Assembly (NCBI GenBank): GCA_963823335.1
Contig: CAWGLD010000001.1
Coordinates: forward strand, 1,696,001-1,760,000
Direction of reading: 5' to 3'
DNA: 64,000 bases
Source: an uncultured delta proteobacterium
Lineage (GTDB): Bacteria > Desulfobacterota > Desulfobacteria > Desulfobacterales > B30-G6
Each line of letters opens with the position of its first letter. Position 1 is the stretch's first letter. Position numbers and translations under genes: made by a program. Below are positions 1-8,929 of the stretch, one piece after another. The notes beneath the pieces are model-generated. The model had not been told where the DNA came from, searched no databases, and saw nothing but the letters and a program-made list of their open reading frames with translations.

Positions 1-1354
1 TTTTCATGTGATCACCTCGATTTTCAACGTGTTTTTCATGCGGATCGAGCGGGGAAATATCAAACCGGTGCGGCACGGTGTCAGTGACGAGCAGCTGGAT
101 GACCTGGCATCTTTCGGTGTGAAAAAACTGGAAGATTTTACCTGGAAACATATGCTTGACTTTTACTCATGCGCCGATTGTGGCAGGTGTTCTGATCAGT
201 GTCCTGCCAATGCCGTCAAACGGCCGCTGTCGCCGAGATTCATCTCCATCAAGGGCAGGGACGCCATCTTCAAAAATTATCCCATCTATCCCGTCGGCGC
301 CTTTGCTCCGGAGAGTGAACCGCTCATGGGAAACGTGTACCAGGAAGATGAAATATGGTCGTGTACAACCTGTGGCGCCTGTGAGCAGGAGTGCCCGCTG
401 GGAATCGAGTATATCGATAAGATCGTCGACCTTCGCCGGGGCATGGTTGACGAAGGCACGGTACCACAGTCCCTGCAGAAACCATTGAGTGCCCTGGAAA
501 AAAGGGGTAACCCCTGGGGCAAGATGGAGAAAAAAAGGGCCGACTGGGCAGAAGCTCTGCCGGAAGAGGTTCAGGTAAAGGTTCTGGGGAAAAAGGAAAC
601 CGCCAGAACGCTTTATTTTGCCGACAGCATTACCTCCTATGATGACCGGATGCAGGATATCGGTCGAGCCAGTGCCAGGATCCTGCAAGCAGCTCACGAG
701 GATTTCGGTATTCTCGGTAAGGCCGAAAAGGACAGTGGTAACGAGGTCCGGCGGTTTGGTGAAGAGATGCTGTTTCAGGAGCTGCGGGATAAAAATACGG
801 AGGCGATTCTCGCTTCGGGTGTCGAGGGAATTGTCACAGCTGATCCGCATGCATTCAATGTCCTCAAGAATGAGTATGCCGATATTCCGCCGGTGGAACA
901 TATCAGCCAGTATGTCCTGCGACAGCTCAAGTCCGGAAAGCTGAAATTTGTGCCGGCCGACAGCAGCGGCAAGGTTTATACGTACCATGACCCCTGCTAT
1001 CTGGGACGGCATAACGGACTATACGAAGAACCCAGGGAGGTCATCGATGCAATTCCCGGTATCAAGCGGGTCGACATGAAAAAATGTCGGGACCGCTCGT
1101 TCTGCTGTGGTGGCGGAGGGCTGATGCTTTTCTATGAACCCGAAGAGGAGCAGCGTATGGGCGTTCTACGGGTTGAAATGGCAGTCGAAGCGGGCGCCGA
1201 TGTCATTGTTACCGCATGCCCTTTCTGTCTCGTAAACATAGAAGACGCCATCAAGGTCGCTGGAATGGAAGGCAAGATGGAAGCCATCGACCTGGCCGAA
1301 CTGGTGATACAACACACGGCTGAAAATGTGGAACCGGCAGTATCTGAAGCGTAA
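1..1354 (+). CDS. Fe-S oxidoreductase, HdrD/GlpC (CCG-domain) family; probable ETF:(methyl)menaquinone oxidoreductase; 5'-truncated by the window edge
   Basis: Two CxxCxxCxxxCP motifs, YHDPC and CCGGGG motifs; lies upstream of etfBA. Confidence 0.85.
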   Translation, partial: FHVITSIFNVFFMRIERGNIKPVRHGVSDEQLDDLASFGVKKLEDFTWKHMLDFYSCADCGRCSDQCPANAVKRPLSPRFISIKGRDAIFKNYPIYPVGAFAPESEPLMGNVYQEDEIWSCTTCGACEQECPLGIEYIDKIVDLRRGMVDEGTVPQSLQKPLSALEKRGNPWGKMEKKRADWAEALPEEVQVKVLGKKETARTLYFADSITSYDDRMQDIGRASARILQAAHEDFGILGKAEKDSGNEVRRFGEEMLFQELRDKNTEAILASGVEGIVTADPHAFNVLKNEYADIPPVEHISQYVLRQLKSGKLKFVPADSSGKVYTYHDPCYLGRHNGLYEEPREVIDAIPGIKRVDMKKCRDRSFCCGGGGLMLFYEPEEEQRMGVLRVEMAVEAGADVIVTACPFCLVNIEDAIKVAGMEGKMEAIDLAELVIQHTAENVEPAVSEA

Positions 1355-1732
1355 AACAACTACCGGCATGCAAGCATGGCGACGGTATATAGTGCGGCCG
1401 GTGGATAATCCCTGTTCGACCGTGAAAAACTCGCTCAAAAGAGGCCGTAATACCGAACAGCGCCATATCTTGATGATGAGTTCTTATCGGTTTTCCGGGT
1501 GTGATTACATATGTAGCTATCTCAAACTGTTCGGTATAACGGTCTCTAATGACCTCAGACAGTTTCACGATCTCTCATGGATCACCCATCGGCCTTGGAG
1601 GTGCTGCCCTTCTGGGTTTATAGGCTTGTATGAGAATTGAAGCAAAAGTATCGTTAAATAGCGACAACGTCGCGTCAAATAAAATCGTGCAACGATTTTA
1701 TCATGGAATAAATTTTAAATGGGAGGACGGTT

Positions 1733-2524
1733 ATGGAGATCTTGGTATGCGTCAAAAGAGTTCCGGATACAGCGGAAAATGAAATCGAGGTTAATAAGGA
1801 CGGCACCGGCATCGATACAGATGACCTGGTCTACTCGGTGAACGAGTGGGACAATTATGCTGTGGAAGAGGCAATCCAGATACGAGACGATGTGGGGGGA
1901 AGTGTCACCATCGTATCGGTGGGCGACGAGGAATCCGAAGAGGTGGTAAGACGGGAAATGGCCATGGGGGCCGACAATGGCCTGCTCTTGACGGATGATG
2001 CCTTTGAAGGCTCTGACGGGAAAGGTACTGCGACATTATTGAAAGCAGTTGTGGAGAAGGGCAATTATGATCTTATCCTGACGGGCGCTCAGGCAGATGA
2101 CGGGGCCGGCCAGGTCGGTGGTATGGTGGCGGCCATGCTCGACATGCCCTATGCTTCGCTGGTAAACGCCATCGAGGTATTGGATGACAAGAAACTGAAG
2201 ATCGGCAGGGAAATAGAGGGCGGCAACCAGGAGATGAGCGAAATAGAGCTGCCCTGCGTCCTTTCCATCCAGACCGGTATCAATGAGCCTCGCTATGTCG
2301 GTATCCGGGGTATTCGCAAAGTGGCATCCATCGAAATTCCTGTTTACGGCACAGGTGACCTGGGGGTTTCCGCCGAAACGGTGGGACAAGCCGGAGCCCG
2401 GGTCAAACGCATGGATTATTTTGTGCCCGAACTCGGTGAAGGCGCCGAGATGCTGGAAGGGAGTACCGAAGAGATTGTTACGAAACTGATTGAATTACTC
2501 AAGGCCAAAGGAGGGATCAAATAA
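1733..2524 (+). CDS. etfB: Electron transfer flavoprotein beta subunit
   Basis: ILVCVKRVPD start, INEPRY motif; GGAGG RBS. Confidence 0.95.
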   Translation: MEILVCVKRVPDTAENEIEVNKDGTGIDTDDLVYSVNEWDNYAVEEAIQIRDDVGGSVTIVSVGDEESEEVVRREMAMGADNGLLLTDDAFEGSDGKGTATLLKAVVEKGNYDLILTGAQADDGAGQVGGMVAAMLDMPYASLVNAIEVLDDKKLKIGREIEGGNQEMSEIELPCVLSIQTGINEPRYVGIRGIRKVASIEIPVYGTGDLGVSAETVGQAGARVKRMDYFVPELGEGAEMLEGSTEEIVTKLIELLKAKGGIK

Positions 2525-3486
2525 TGGCAAAGATGTTTACCTATATTACGTATAAGAACGGGGTCCCTGATGATTCAGCTCTGGAGCTGGTGAACGCCGC
2601 TAAAAAGATAGCACCCGACGCATCGCCCACGGCGGTTGTTGTGGGCTCGGGAATCGATGCGCTGTGTGGCGAGGTGGCCGCTTCCTATGCCGAGGTCTGG
2701 AAGGTCGATAGCGAGGCCCTCGCCTATCCCAATGCAGAGGTCATCCGCAAAGTGCTGTCGAACATATTGCCCCAGGGTTGTATTCTCCTGGTACCGCACG
2801 ATACTTTTGGAATGGACCTGTCACCGGGTCTGTCCATAAAAATGGATACGGTATTCATACCGGACACGGTCGGGTTTGAAGGCCTCGAAGGATCGATACT
2901 GAAATGTATCCGGCAGGAATATGGTGGGGCTGTCAGCACCCATGTGTCATGCGATATCACCGGGGGAGCCATCATCAATATCCGTGCCGGGGCATTCCAG
3001 CCGGATGAGAGCAAGGCTGCCTCCGGTCAGGTTGTTGACAAATCGGCGGATGTCGGTGATCTGTCCACCAAACGTAGGTATCTTGAAACCGTGGCGGCCG
3101 AAGTGGGCGATGTAGACATTACCAAGGAGGATGTGCTGGTTTCCATTGGACGCGGTATCGAGGAAGAAGACAACATCGAAATCGCAGAAGACCTGGCAAA
3201 AGCAATGGGTGCCGTGGTCTCCTGTTCGCGACCCATTGTAGACGCCAAATGGCTTGAGAAATCCCGCCAGGTGGGAACGTCCGGGCAGACGGTCAAACCC
3301 AAAGTCTACCTGGCCTGCGGCATCAGCGGTTCGTTTCAGCACCTGGGTGGCCTCAAGGGGAACCCCTTTGTCGTGGCCATCAACAAGAACCCCAAAGCAC
3401 CTATTTTCCAGATAGCTGACGTGGGTATCGAAGCCGACATCCTCGAGTTTCTACCGGAGCTGACAGAGGCTATCGAAGCCCTTTAA
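2524..3486 (+). CDS. etfA: Electron transfer flavoprotein alpha subunit
   Basis: RQVGTSG..VKPKVY.ACGISGSFQH and AINKNPKAPIF motifs; TAATG overlap with etfB. Confidence 0.95.
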   Translation: MAKMFTYITYKNGVPDDSALELVNAAKKIAPDASPTAVVVGSGIDALCGEVAASYAEVWKVDSEALAYPNAEVIRKVLSNILPQGCILLVPHDTFGMDLSPGLSIKMDTVFIPDTVGFEGLEGSILKCIRQEYGGAVSTHVSCDITGGAIINIRAGAFQPDESKAASGQVVDKSADVGDLSTKRRYLETVAAEVGDVDITKEDVLVSIGRGIEEEDNIEIAEDLAKAMGAVVSCSRPIVDAKWLEKSRQVGTSGQTVKPKVYLACGISGSFQHLGGLKGNPFVVAINKNPKAPIFQIADVGIEADILEFLPELTEAIEAL

Positions 3487-3537
3487 AATCGCTTTGCGAT
3501 TTTAAAGGGAGGCGACTTTGTCGCTTGACTAGTTGTA

Positions 3538-3582
3538 TTAAAAACCCCGATTCGGCTTTTCAAACCGATCGGGGTTTTTTAA
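3538..3582. terminator. Bidirectional intrinsic terminator
   Basis: AAAAACCCCGATT...GATCGGGGTTTTTT hairpin between convergent genes. Confidence 0.85.
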
Positions 3583-3951
3583 CGACGGACGGATCCCCAG
3601 CTGAGAATCGAACCCAGGATTAGAAGGCCGCAGCCAATCCACAGTCTCGTTCCCGGCACAACTGTGAGATATAAACAGCAGCAGCATATAACTCACGAAC
3701 AGTGCGCCGCAGCCTAGCAGGTATCTTAGCGGCAGCCGCATGATTTACTGCCGTCTCCGACTGGAGCGCAGAAGGGAGACCAGGGCGGCAATACAACTGA
3801 CACTGTAAACGGATGCCGCGGCGGTTACCGGACCAAGCTGCTCGGAAAGACTGCGGGCAAAGGCGACCGTCGTGCTCCAGATCAAAATGGACCCAAAACC
3901 GCCTGCCGTGGCAAAATATGAATTGTTCGCTGTTTTCGTGGTGTGGGGTAA
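3579..3951 (-). pseudogene. yddG: YddG-like DMT aromatic amino acid exporter relic
   Basis: Reads ILIWSTTVAFARSLSEQLGPVTAAASVYS..., has an in-frame TAA (3745-3747), then YLLGCGALFVSY, then jumps frame to the C-terminal RLWIGCGLLILGSILSWGSVRR*; the middle is missing. Confidence 0.75.
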
Positions 3952-3959
3952 GGCCTCTC

Positions 3960-5429
3960 CTATTCCAGGCGATCGATGAGCTCGCAGAACAGGCGCACAC
4001 CGAAACCGGTACCGCCGGGATCACAATAGGCTGTCCCCTTTTTCTGGTGGGCAGGGCCAGCGATATCGATGTGCGCCCAGCGGGTGCCTTCTGCAAAACC
4101 CGACAGAAACAGGGCCGCTGTAATGGCCCCGCCCCAACGTGTACTGCTCATGTTGTTGGTGTCGGCAAGTTCGCTTTTCAGGAGCTCCCTGTAATCTTCC
4201 GGCAGGGGCAGCCGCCAGATACGTTCATGGGTTTTTTGGCCGGAATCGATGATGGCCTGGGCCAGGGCATCATCCTGTGTAAAAAGACCGGCAATCTTTT
4301 CCCCCAGCGCCATGACACATGCACCGGTCAGGGTGGCGATATCGATCATGACGTCGGGCTTGTATTTCTTCATGGTGTAGGACATGGCATCAGCCAGAAT
4401 CAGGCGGCCCTCTGCATCCGTGTTGCCGATCTCGATGGTTTTTCCGGCATGGCTCGTGATGATGTCACCCGGTCGCGTGGCGCTGCCTGAAATCATATTT
4501 TCCACCAGGGGAATAATGCCGAGGATCCTGACCTTGGGTTTCAGTTTTGCCGCGGTGATGAGTGTGGCGGCGACGGCTGCCGCACCCGACATATCGCACT
4601 TCATGTCCTCCAAGCCACCCGTGGGCTTCAGGTTAATGCCGCCGGCATCGAAGGTAACACCTTTGCCCACCAGGGCAATGGTTTTTTCTGCACTTTTGGG
4701 CGCATATTCCAGGACTACCAGCCGGGGTGTATTCTGGCTGCCGGCTGCCACAGCCATGAGGGCGCCGAATTTTTCCTGTCGGAGTTGTTTCGGGTCAAGA
4801 AGGGTTGTTTTGAGATTTTCTTTGCCGGCCAGAGTAATGAAGTCCTTGCTCAATTGGGCCGGTGTTTTGTCATTGGAGGGTGTGCTGACCCAGTCTCTGG
4901 CCAGGAGGGTTCCCTGACAGATGACTTCGACCCGCTTGGGTAGTTCCGCATACACCTTGACGGTACTTGCCGGGAGTGCCAGGGTGATATGTTTCAGCGG
5001 TTTCAATTCTTTCTTCTCTTTATAGCGGTCGAAAACATGGTTGCCAAGACAGGCTCCCTCTAAAATCGCCGAAACCAGATTTTCTTCCGCCACGGGCACC
5101 AGGTCCGAAGACGGTGTTCCAATCACGATCTCCTTGAGTCCGCGTTTGATGCTTGATTTGACGGCTTTTCCGGAGAAGGCCCGCAGTTTCTCGGAATTCA
5201 GTTTCCCGTGTTTGCCGAGACCGATAAAGATCACCCGTTCCACCTGGGTGCCGGCAGGGTTGTAGAGGGTGAGTTTCTCATCCTGTTTGCCATGGAATTC
5301 TTCTATTTTCTTGGCCTCTTCTGCCAGAGTTGACAGGAGGTCTGTATGGATGTCCTTGTCTTCACAGACAGGTATGGCCAGTGTGGATATCTTGTCTTTT
5401 TTAAGATCATAGGTTTTCAGTTTTAGCAT
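3960..5429 (-). CDS. pepA: Leucyl aminopeptidase (M17)
   Basis: GKGVTFDAGG, MKCDMSG and NTDAEGRL motifs. Confidence 0.97.
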   Translation of the reverse strand: MLKLKTYDLKKDKISTLAIPVCEDKDIHTDLLSTLAEEAKKIEEFHGKQDEKLTLYNPAGTQVERVIFIGLGKHGKLNSEKLRAFSGKAVKSSIKRGLKEIVIGTPSSDLVPVAEENLVSAILEGACLGNHVFDRYKEKKELKPLKHITLALPASTVKVYAELPKRVEVICQGTLLARDWVSTPSNDKTPAQLSKDFITLAGKENLKTTLLDPKQLRQEKFGALMAVAAGSQNTPRLVVLEYAPKSAEKTIALVGKGVTFDAGGINLKPTGGLEDMKCDMSGAAAVAATLITAAKLKPKVRILGIIPLVENMISGSATRPGDIITSHAGKTIEIGNTDAEGRLILADAMSYTMKKYKPDVMIDIATLTGACVMALGEKIAGLFTQDDALAQAIIDSGQKTHERIWRLPLPEDYRELLKSELADTNNMSSTRWGGAITAALFLSGFAEGTRWAHIDIAGPAHQKKGTAYCDPGGTGFGVRLFCELIDRLE

Positions 5430-5448
5430 GGGTCACCTCGTAGGAATT

Positions 5449-5594
5449 TAGAAGCTATCTCAAAAAAGTTCTTTGGTCCAATTTCTGTGTTGGTCCCTTG
5501 CTTCAACTCCTCGGAATACCACAGTATACCTGTGGGTTGAAGTACGGGTCCGCCTTGAACTATAACCAAAATCCTTTTTTTGAGATGGCTTCTA
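5449..5594 (-). mobile_element. 146-bp MITE-like element, family A, copy 1
   Basis: Terminal inverted repeats TAGAAGCYATCTCAAAAAA; homologous to 8784-8929 and 16100-16245. Confidence 0.8.
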
Positions 5595-5713
5595 GTAAGA
5601 AAGCTGTTGGCGACGAGTCTTTCGCACAGAAGAGACAAGGTCGCGATTCATTAAATCGTTTAGTGCTTTAATTGTTTATATGCACGTAGTTATAAGATCG
5701 ATTGGCAACCGTG

Positions 5714-6439
5714 TCAATGTGTGGGAGAAAATGGCCTGCAAGTGCCATGCCCCGGGCAGAGGATGCCTGATATGCCCAATTGTTTGATTTTCTCATGAGA
5801 TACCTCCTGATCCTCCGGGCTCGACACAAAACTGTTGAGTAAGACCCCGCCGTTGAGAACAACGATAAAATCCCCGGAAATAAAGACCCTGGATTCGGGA
5901 TCCCAGAAAGAGGTTTCATCGGGTCGATGACCGGGTGTCTGCAGGGTCAAAAAACCGGGCAGGACGTTCGTCTCATCGGCGAAATAGTTAACACGATCCT
6001 GTGGGAAACCTTTTTTAAAGGGTGTTCCATAAAGTGCCCCTCGAAAGACATCCCTCAGGCTGGGCCGGTAAACATACGCCTGCATGCAGGGAATCAGAAT
6101 CTCTTTGAGGGCCCGGGACCCGGGAAAAGGGACCGTCTTCTGTCCCCGAACAAGGGGTCTGGCTTTTTCATGAAACCAGATCTCGGTCTTTTGGTAGATT
6201 TTTTTTAACCCGATCCAGCCCGATATATGATCCACGTGAAAGTGAGTGCAGACGACCCGTTTCAAGGGTGGAAAATCCCTTAACACCTTCAGGAGGAACA
6301 GGGTGTCGGACGGCATACCGCAATCCACCAGATAGGTCGTATTAGCGTCAGTGTCCACAAGCAGGTAGCAGTTGCTGGTGCTGCCCCAGAACTGGTAGAG
6401 CGCTCGCGAGCCCGACAGCTTTTTTGTGTACAGGATCAT
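5714..6439 (-). CDS. MBL-fold metallo-hydrolase
   Basis: LVDCG, THFHVDH, TPGH, SGD and PGHG motifs; start codon uncertain. Confidence 0.88.
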   Translation of the reverse strand: MILYTKKLSGSRALYQFWGSTSNCYLLVDTDANTTYLVDCGMPSDTLFLLKVLRDFPPLKRVVCTHFHVDHISGWIGLKKIYQKTEIWFHEKARPLVRGQKTVPFPGSRALKEILIPCMQAYVYRPSLRDVFRGALYGTPFKKGFPQDRVNYFADETNVLPGFLTLQTPGHRPDETSFWDPESRVFISGDFIVVLNGGVLLNSFVSSPEDQEVSHEKIKQLGISGILCPGHGTCRPFSPTH

Positions 6440-6565
6440 GTGGTTATCATGCCGGAAATCGAGTGCCTTGTCAAAGAGGATGACAAGGTGAACATAAACC
6501 CCTTGCACCGGCGGTCATACTGTGGCATGCCAGGCATACGTAAAATTTTTCAAAGGAATCGCTTG

Positions 6566-7798
6566 ATGACGAATATGACGGGTTCCGATACTGCTCTCCG
6601 ACTGCAAGAGGCCCTGGAGATGACACTGGCGCATGTCCATCCGTTTCCGGGTGTTCGGGTTCCGCTGTCGGAAGGTCTCAACCGGATCATCGCCTCGGAT
6701 ATCCGGTCCAGGGTTGATTCACCCTCCATGGACGTATCCTTGATGGATGGTTATGCTGTAAGGTCGACCGATCTTTCCAGGGCGGCAAAAGAACGGCCGG
6801 TGCTACTGGAACTGGCTGGGACAGTGGCTGCAGGCGGACTTCCGGGTCGAATTGTCAAACCGCGGCATACCATCCGGGTGTTGACCGGAGGGCCGATACC
6901 GACCGGTGCGGATGCGGTGATTGCGGAAGAAGTTACAACACGGCAAGACCGTCTCGTTGAATTTTATCAAAGCGCTGAATGCGGCCACAACATTTTGCCC
7001 AGGGGAAGTGACGTGGCAAAAAGACAAGTGGTTGCCAGGGCGGGGTGTCTGCTAAGACCTGGATTGCTGGGCATGCTGGCCGCAGCGGGTCACAGCCATG
7101 TCGAGGTGGTTCGAGCACCCGAGGTCGCCATCATCGGCACGGGCGATGAGGTGGTGACCCCTGGAGACCCGTTGCCGGAAGGAAAACTCTATGCCAGCAA
7201 TATCACCACGATGGCCGGCTGGTGCCGGCGTTATGGTTTTCGAACACGGCTTGGCCTGGTTGGTGACGAGCCAGAGGACATTGCCCGGACCCTGGGTCCA
7301 ACCATCGATCAGGTCGATGCCGTCGTTACCAGCGGCGGTGCCTGGGCCGGTGACAGGGACATGGTGGCAGCGGTGCTCCGGCGCCTGGGGTGGAAGCAGG
7401 TTTTTCACGGGATTCGCATGACCCCGGGGAAGGGGGTTGGTTTCGGTTTGCTCGACCAGAAGCCCATTTTCATGCTGCCGGGTGGGCCGTCAGCCAATGC
7501 GATGGGTTTTCTGCAGATTGCGCTGCCGGGGCTGCTGAGACTGGCAGGGTATCGCCATACAGGTCTGCCCGAAATGAATGTTCAACTGGCAGGGGAACTG
7601 CACGGCAGGCATGCTGACTGGACGCAGTTTGTCTTCGGAACAATAGAAAAACAAGGCGGCCGGCAGATATTCAAGCCTTTGCTGATCCGCAGTAGACTTC
7701 AGGCAGTGGCCATGGCAGAGGCCATCGTGGCCATACCCGAAGGAGAGACCCGTATGGCGGTCGGTACGGTCGTCAGGGCCCAGATTTTAAACACATAA
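6566..7798 (+). CDS. moeA: Molybdopterin molybdotransferase
   Basis: SLMDGYAVR, TGGPIP.GADAV, TGDEV and TSGG motifs; start uncertain. Confidence 0.9.
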   Translation: MTNMTGSDTALRLQEALEMTLAHVHPFPGVRVPLSEGLNRIIASDIRSRVDSPSMDVSLMDGYAVRSTDLSRAAKERPVLLELAGTVAAGGLPGRIVKPRHTIRVLTGGPIPTGADAVIAEEVTTRQDRLVEFYQSAECGHNILPRGSDVAKRQVVARAGCLLRPGLLGMLAAAGHSHVEVVRAPEVAIIGTGDEVVTPGDPLPEGKLYASNITTMAGWCRRYGFRTRLGLVGDEPEDIARTLGPTIDQVDAVVTSGGAWAGDRDMVAAVLRRLGWKQVFHGIRMTPGKGVGFGLLDQKPIFMLPGGPSANAMGFLQIALPGLLRLAGYRHTGLPEMNVQLAGELHGRHADWTQFVFGTIEKQGGRQIFKPLLIRSRLQAVAMAEAIVAIPEGETRMAVGTVVRAQILNT

Positions 7799-7836
7799 TC
7801 TATAAGCAACTTTTATGGTTGACTTGAGATTTCAAA

Positions 7837-7912
7837 TTGAAGAACCTCGCAGCATGCGAAGCACTGCCGAACGGCAGAACCTACGGGGAATGCGCTCGCT
7901 GTTGCGGTTCAA
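7837..7912 (+). repeat. Family B palindromic repeat (TGAAGAACCCCGC..CGGGGAATGCGCTCGCTGTTGCGGTTCAA)
   Basis: Related copies at 8748-8776, 39461-39542, 40850-40874(-) and 62046-62097(-). Confidence 0.7.
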
Positions 7913-7993
7913 AATTCGATGTTGGGCGTTCAATGTTCATTTCGTGTTTTCGTGATAAAAGATCTTTTTTTTCGGATTTTACTGTTCAAAATG

Positions 7994-8111
7994 AGCAGGG
8001 CTGAAGCCCTGCGCTACGGTTTGATGTCTGTGTGACTTTGTAAAGCAGGACTGAGCCCTGCGCTACAGTTTGATGCCTGTGTGACCTTGTAGCCCAGCCC
8101 TTTAGGGCTGC
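7994..8111. repeat. GTAG-type REP cluster (BIME-like)
   Basis: GCAGGGCTGAAGCCCTGCGCTAC within a ~49-bp tandem duplication, then an inverted GTAGCCCAGCCCTTTAGGGCTG. Confidence 0.75.
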
Positions 8112-8134
8112 CGGAATAATAACATCCGTACTAA

Positions 8135-8674
8135 ATGGAGTCATATATGCCCATACCCATCCTATCCATTGTCAGTAAAAAGAATTGCGGCAAGACCACC
8201 TTGCTCGAAAAACTTATTCCGGAGTTGAAGCGGCGGGGGTATCGTGTGGGTACGCTCAAGCACGATATCCATGGTTTCGACATCGATCACGAAGGCAAGG
8301 ATACCTTTCGGCACAAGGCTGCCGGAGCAGATGTCGTTGCCATTTCCTGTCCCTGGAAGGTGTCCGTCATCAAGGATGTTGTGCAAGAACTGACACCGCA
8401 GCAGATCGTCGAGCAATATTTCGAGGATGTGGATATTGTTTTGACGGAGGGATACAAACGAGCGAAATTACCCCAGGTCGAGGTTTTTCGCAAGCAGGCC
8501 CACCATCAACCCATCCATACTAAGGATCAACCCAAAACCCTTATTGCCCTGGTGTCTGATGTGCCCCTGGACCTGGGCGTACCCCATATCGATATCAACG
8601 ATTTCAAAGCACTGGCAGACCTGATAGAAAAACGGTTTTTAAAAAATCCGTCTCAGAACAGCAAGTCGGTCTGA
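8135..8674 (+). CDS. mobB: Molybdopterin-guanine dinucleotide biosynthesis protein B
   Basis: GKTTLLEKLI, KHD.HGFDIDHEGKDT and EGYK motifs. Confidence 0.95.
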   Translation: MESYMPIPILSIVSKKNCGKTTLLEKLIPELKRRGYRVGTLKHDIHGFDIDHEGKDTFRHKAAGADVVAISCPWKVSVIKDVVQELTPQQIVEQYFEDVDIVLTEGYKRAKLPQVEVFRKQAHHQPIHTKDQPKTLIALVSDVPLDLGVPHIDINDFKALADLIEKRFLKNPSQNSKSV

Positions 8675-8679
8675 GTGCC

Positions 8680-8746
8680 TGCCATTTCGGCGAAGGCGGG
8701 AATCCAGCCGGCCTTTTTCCAGACGCCCGCTTTCGCGGGAGTGACA
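8680..8746. repeat. Family D palindromic repeat (ATTCCCGC..GCGGGAAT type)
   Basis: GGCGAAGGCGGGAATCCAG...CCCGCTTTCGCGGGAGTGAC; related copies at 17471-17523 and 32747-32810. Confidence 0.7.
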
Positions 8747-8783
8747 ATTGAAGAACCCCGCAGCATGCGAAGCACTAATTATT

Positions 8784-8929
8784 GAGAAACGCTCTAAAAA
8801 ATAGGATTTTGGCTCAAGGACAAGGCGGACGAGCGTTTCAACCCACAGGAATACTTTTGTATTTCGAGGAGTTGGAACGTGAGCCCAACGCAGAGAGTGA
8901 GCCAAAAGATATTTTTACGAATGCTTCTC
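8784..8929 (+). mobile_element. 146-bp MITE-like element, family A, copy 2 (overlaps the carB stop)
   Basis: Shared core CAAGGCGG..TTCAACCCACAGGAATAC..GTATTTCGAGGAGTTG..CAACGCAGA; degenerate TIRs. Confidence 0.75.

Noticed and set aside
1360-1650. Short ORFs between the oxidoreductase gene and etfB
   Set aside because: No RBS or recognisable motif; possibly degraded DNA
3585-3625. tRNA-like T-arm GGGTTCGATTCTC on the minus strand
   Set aside because: No D arm or cloverleaf; explained as the C-terminal codons of the yddG relic
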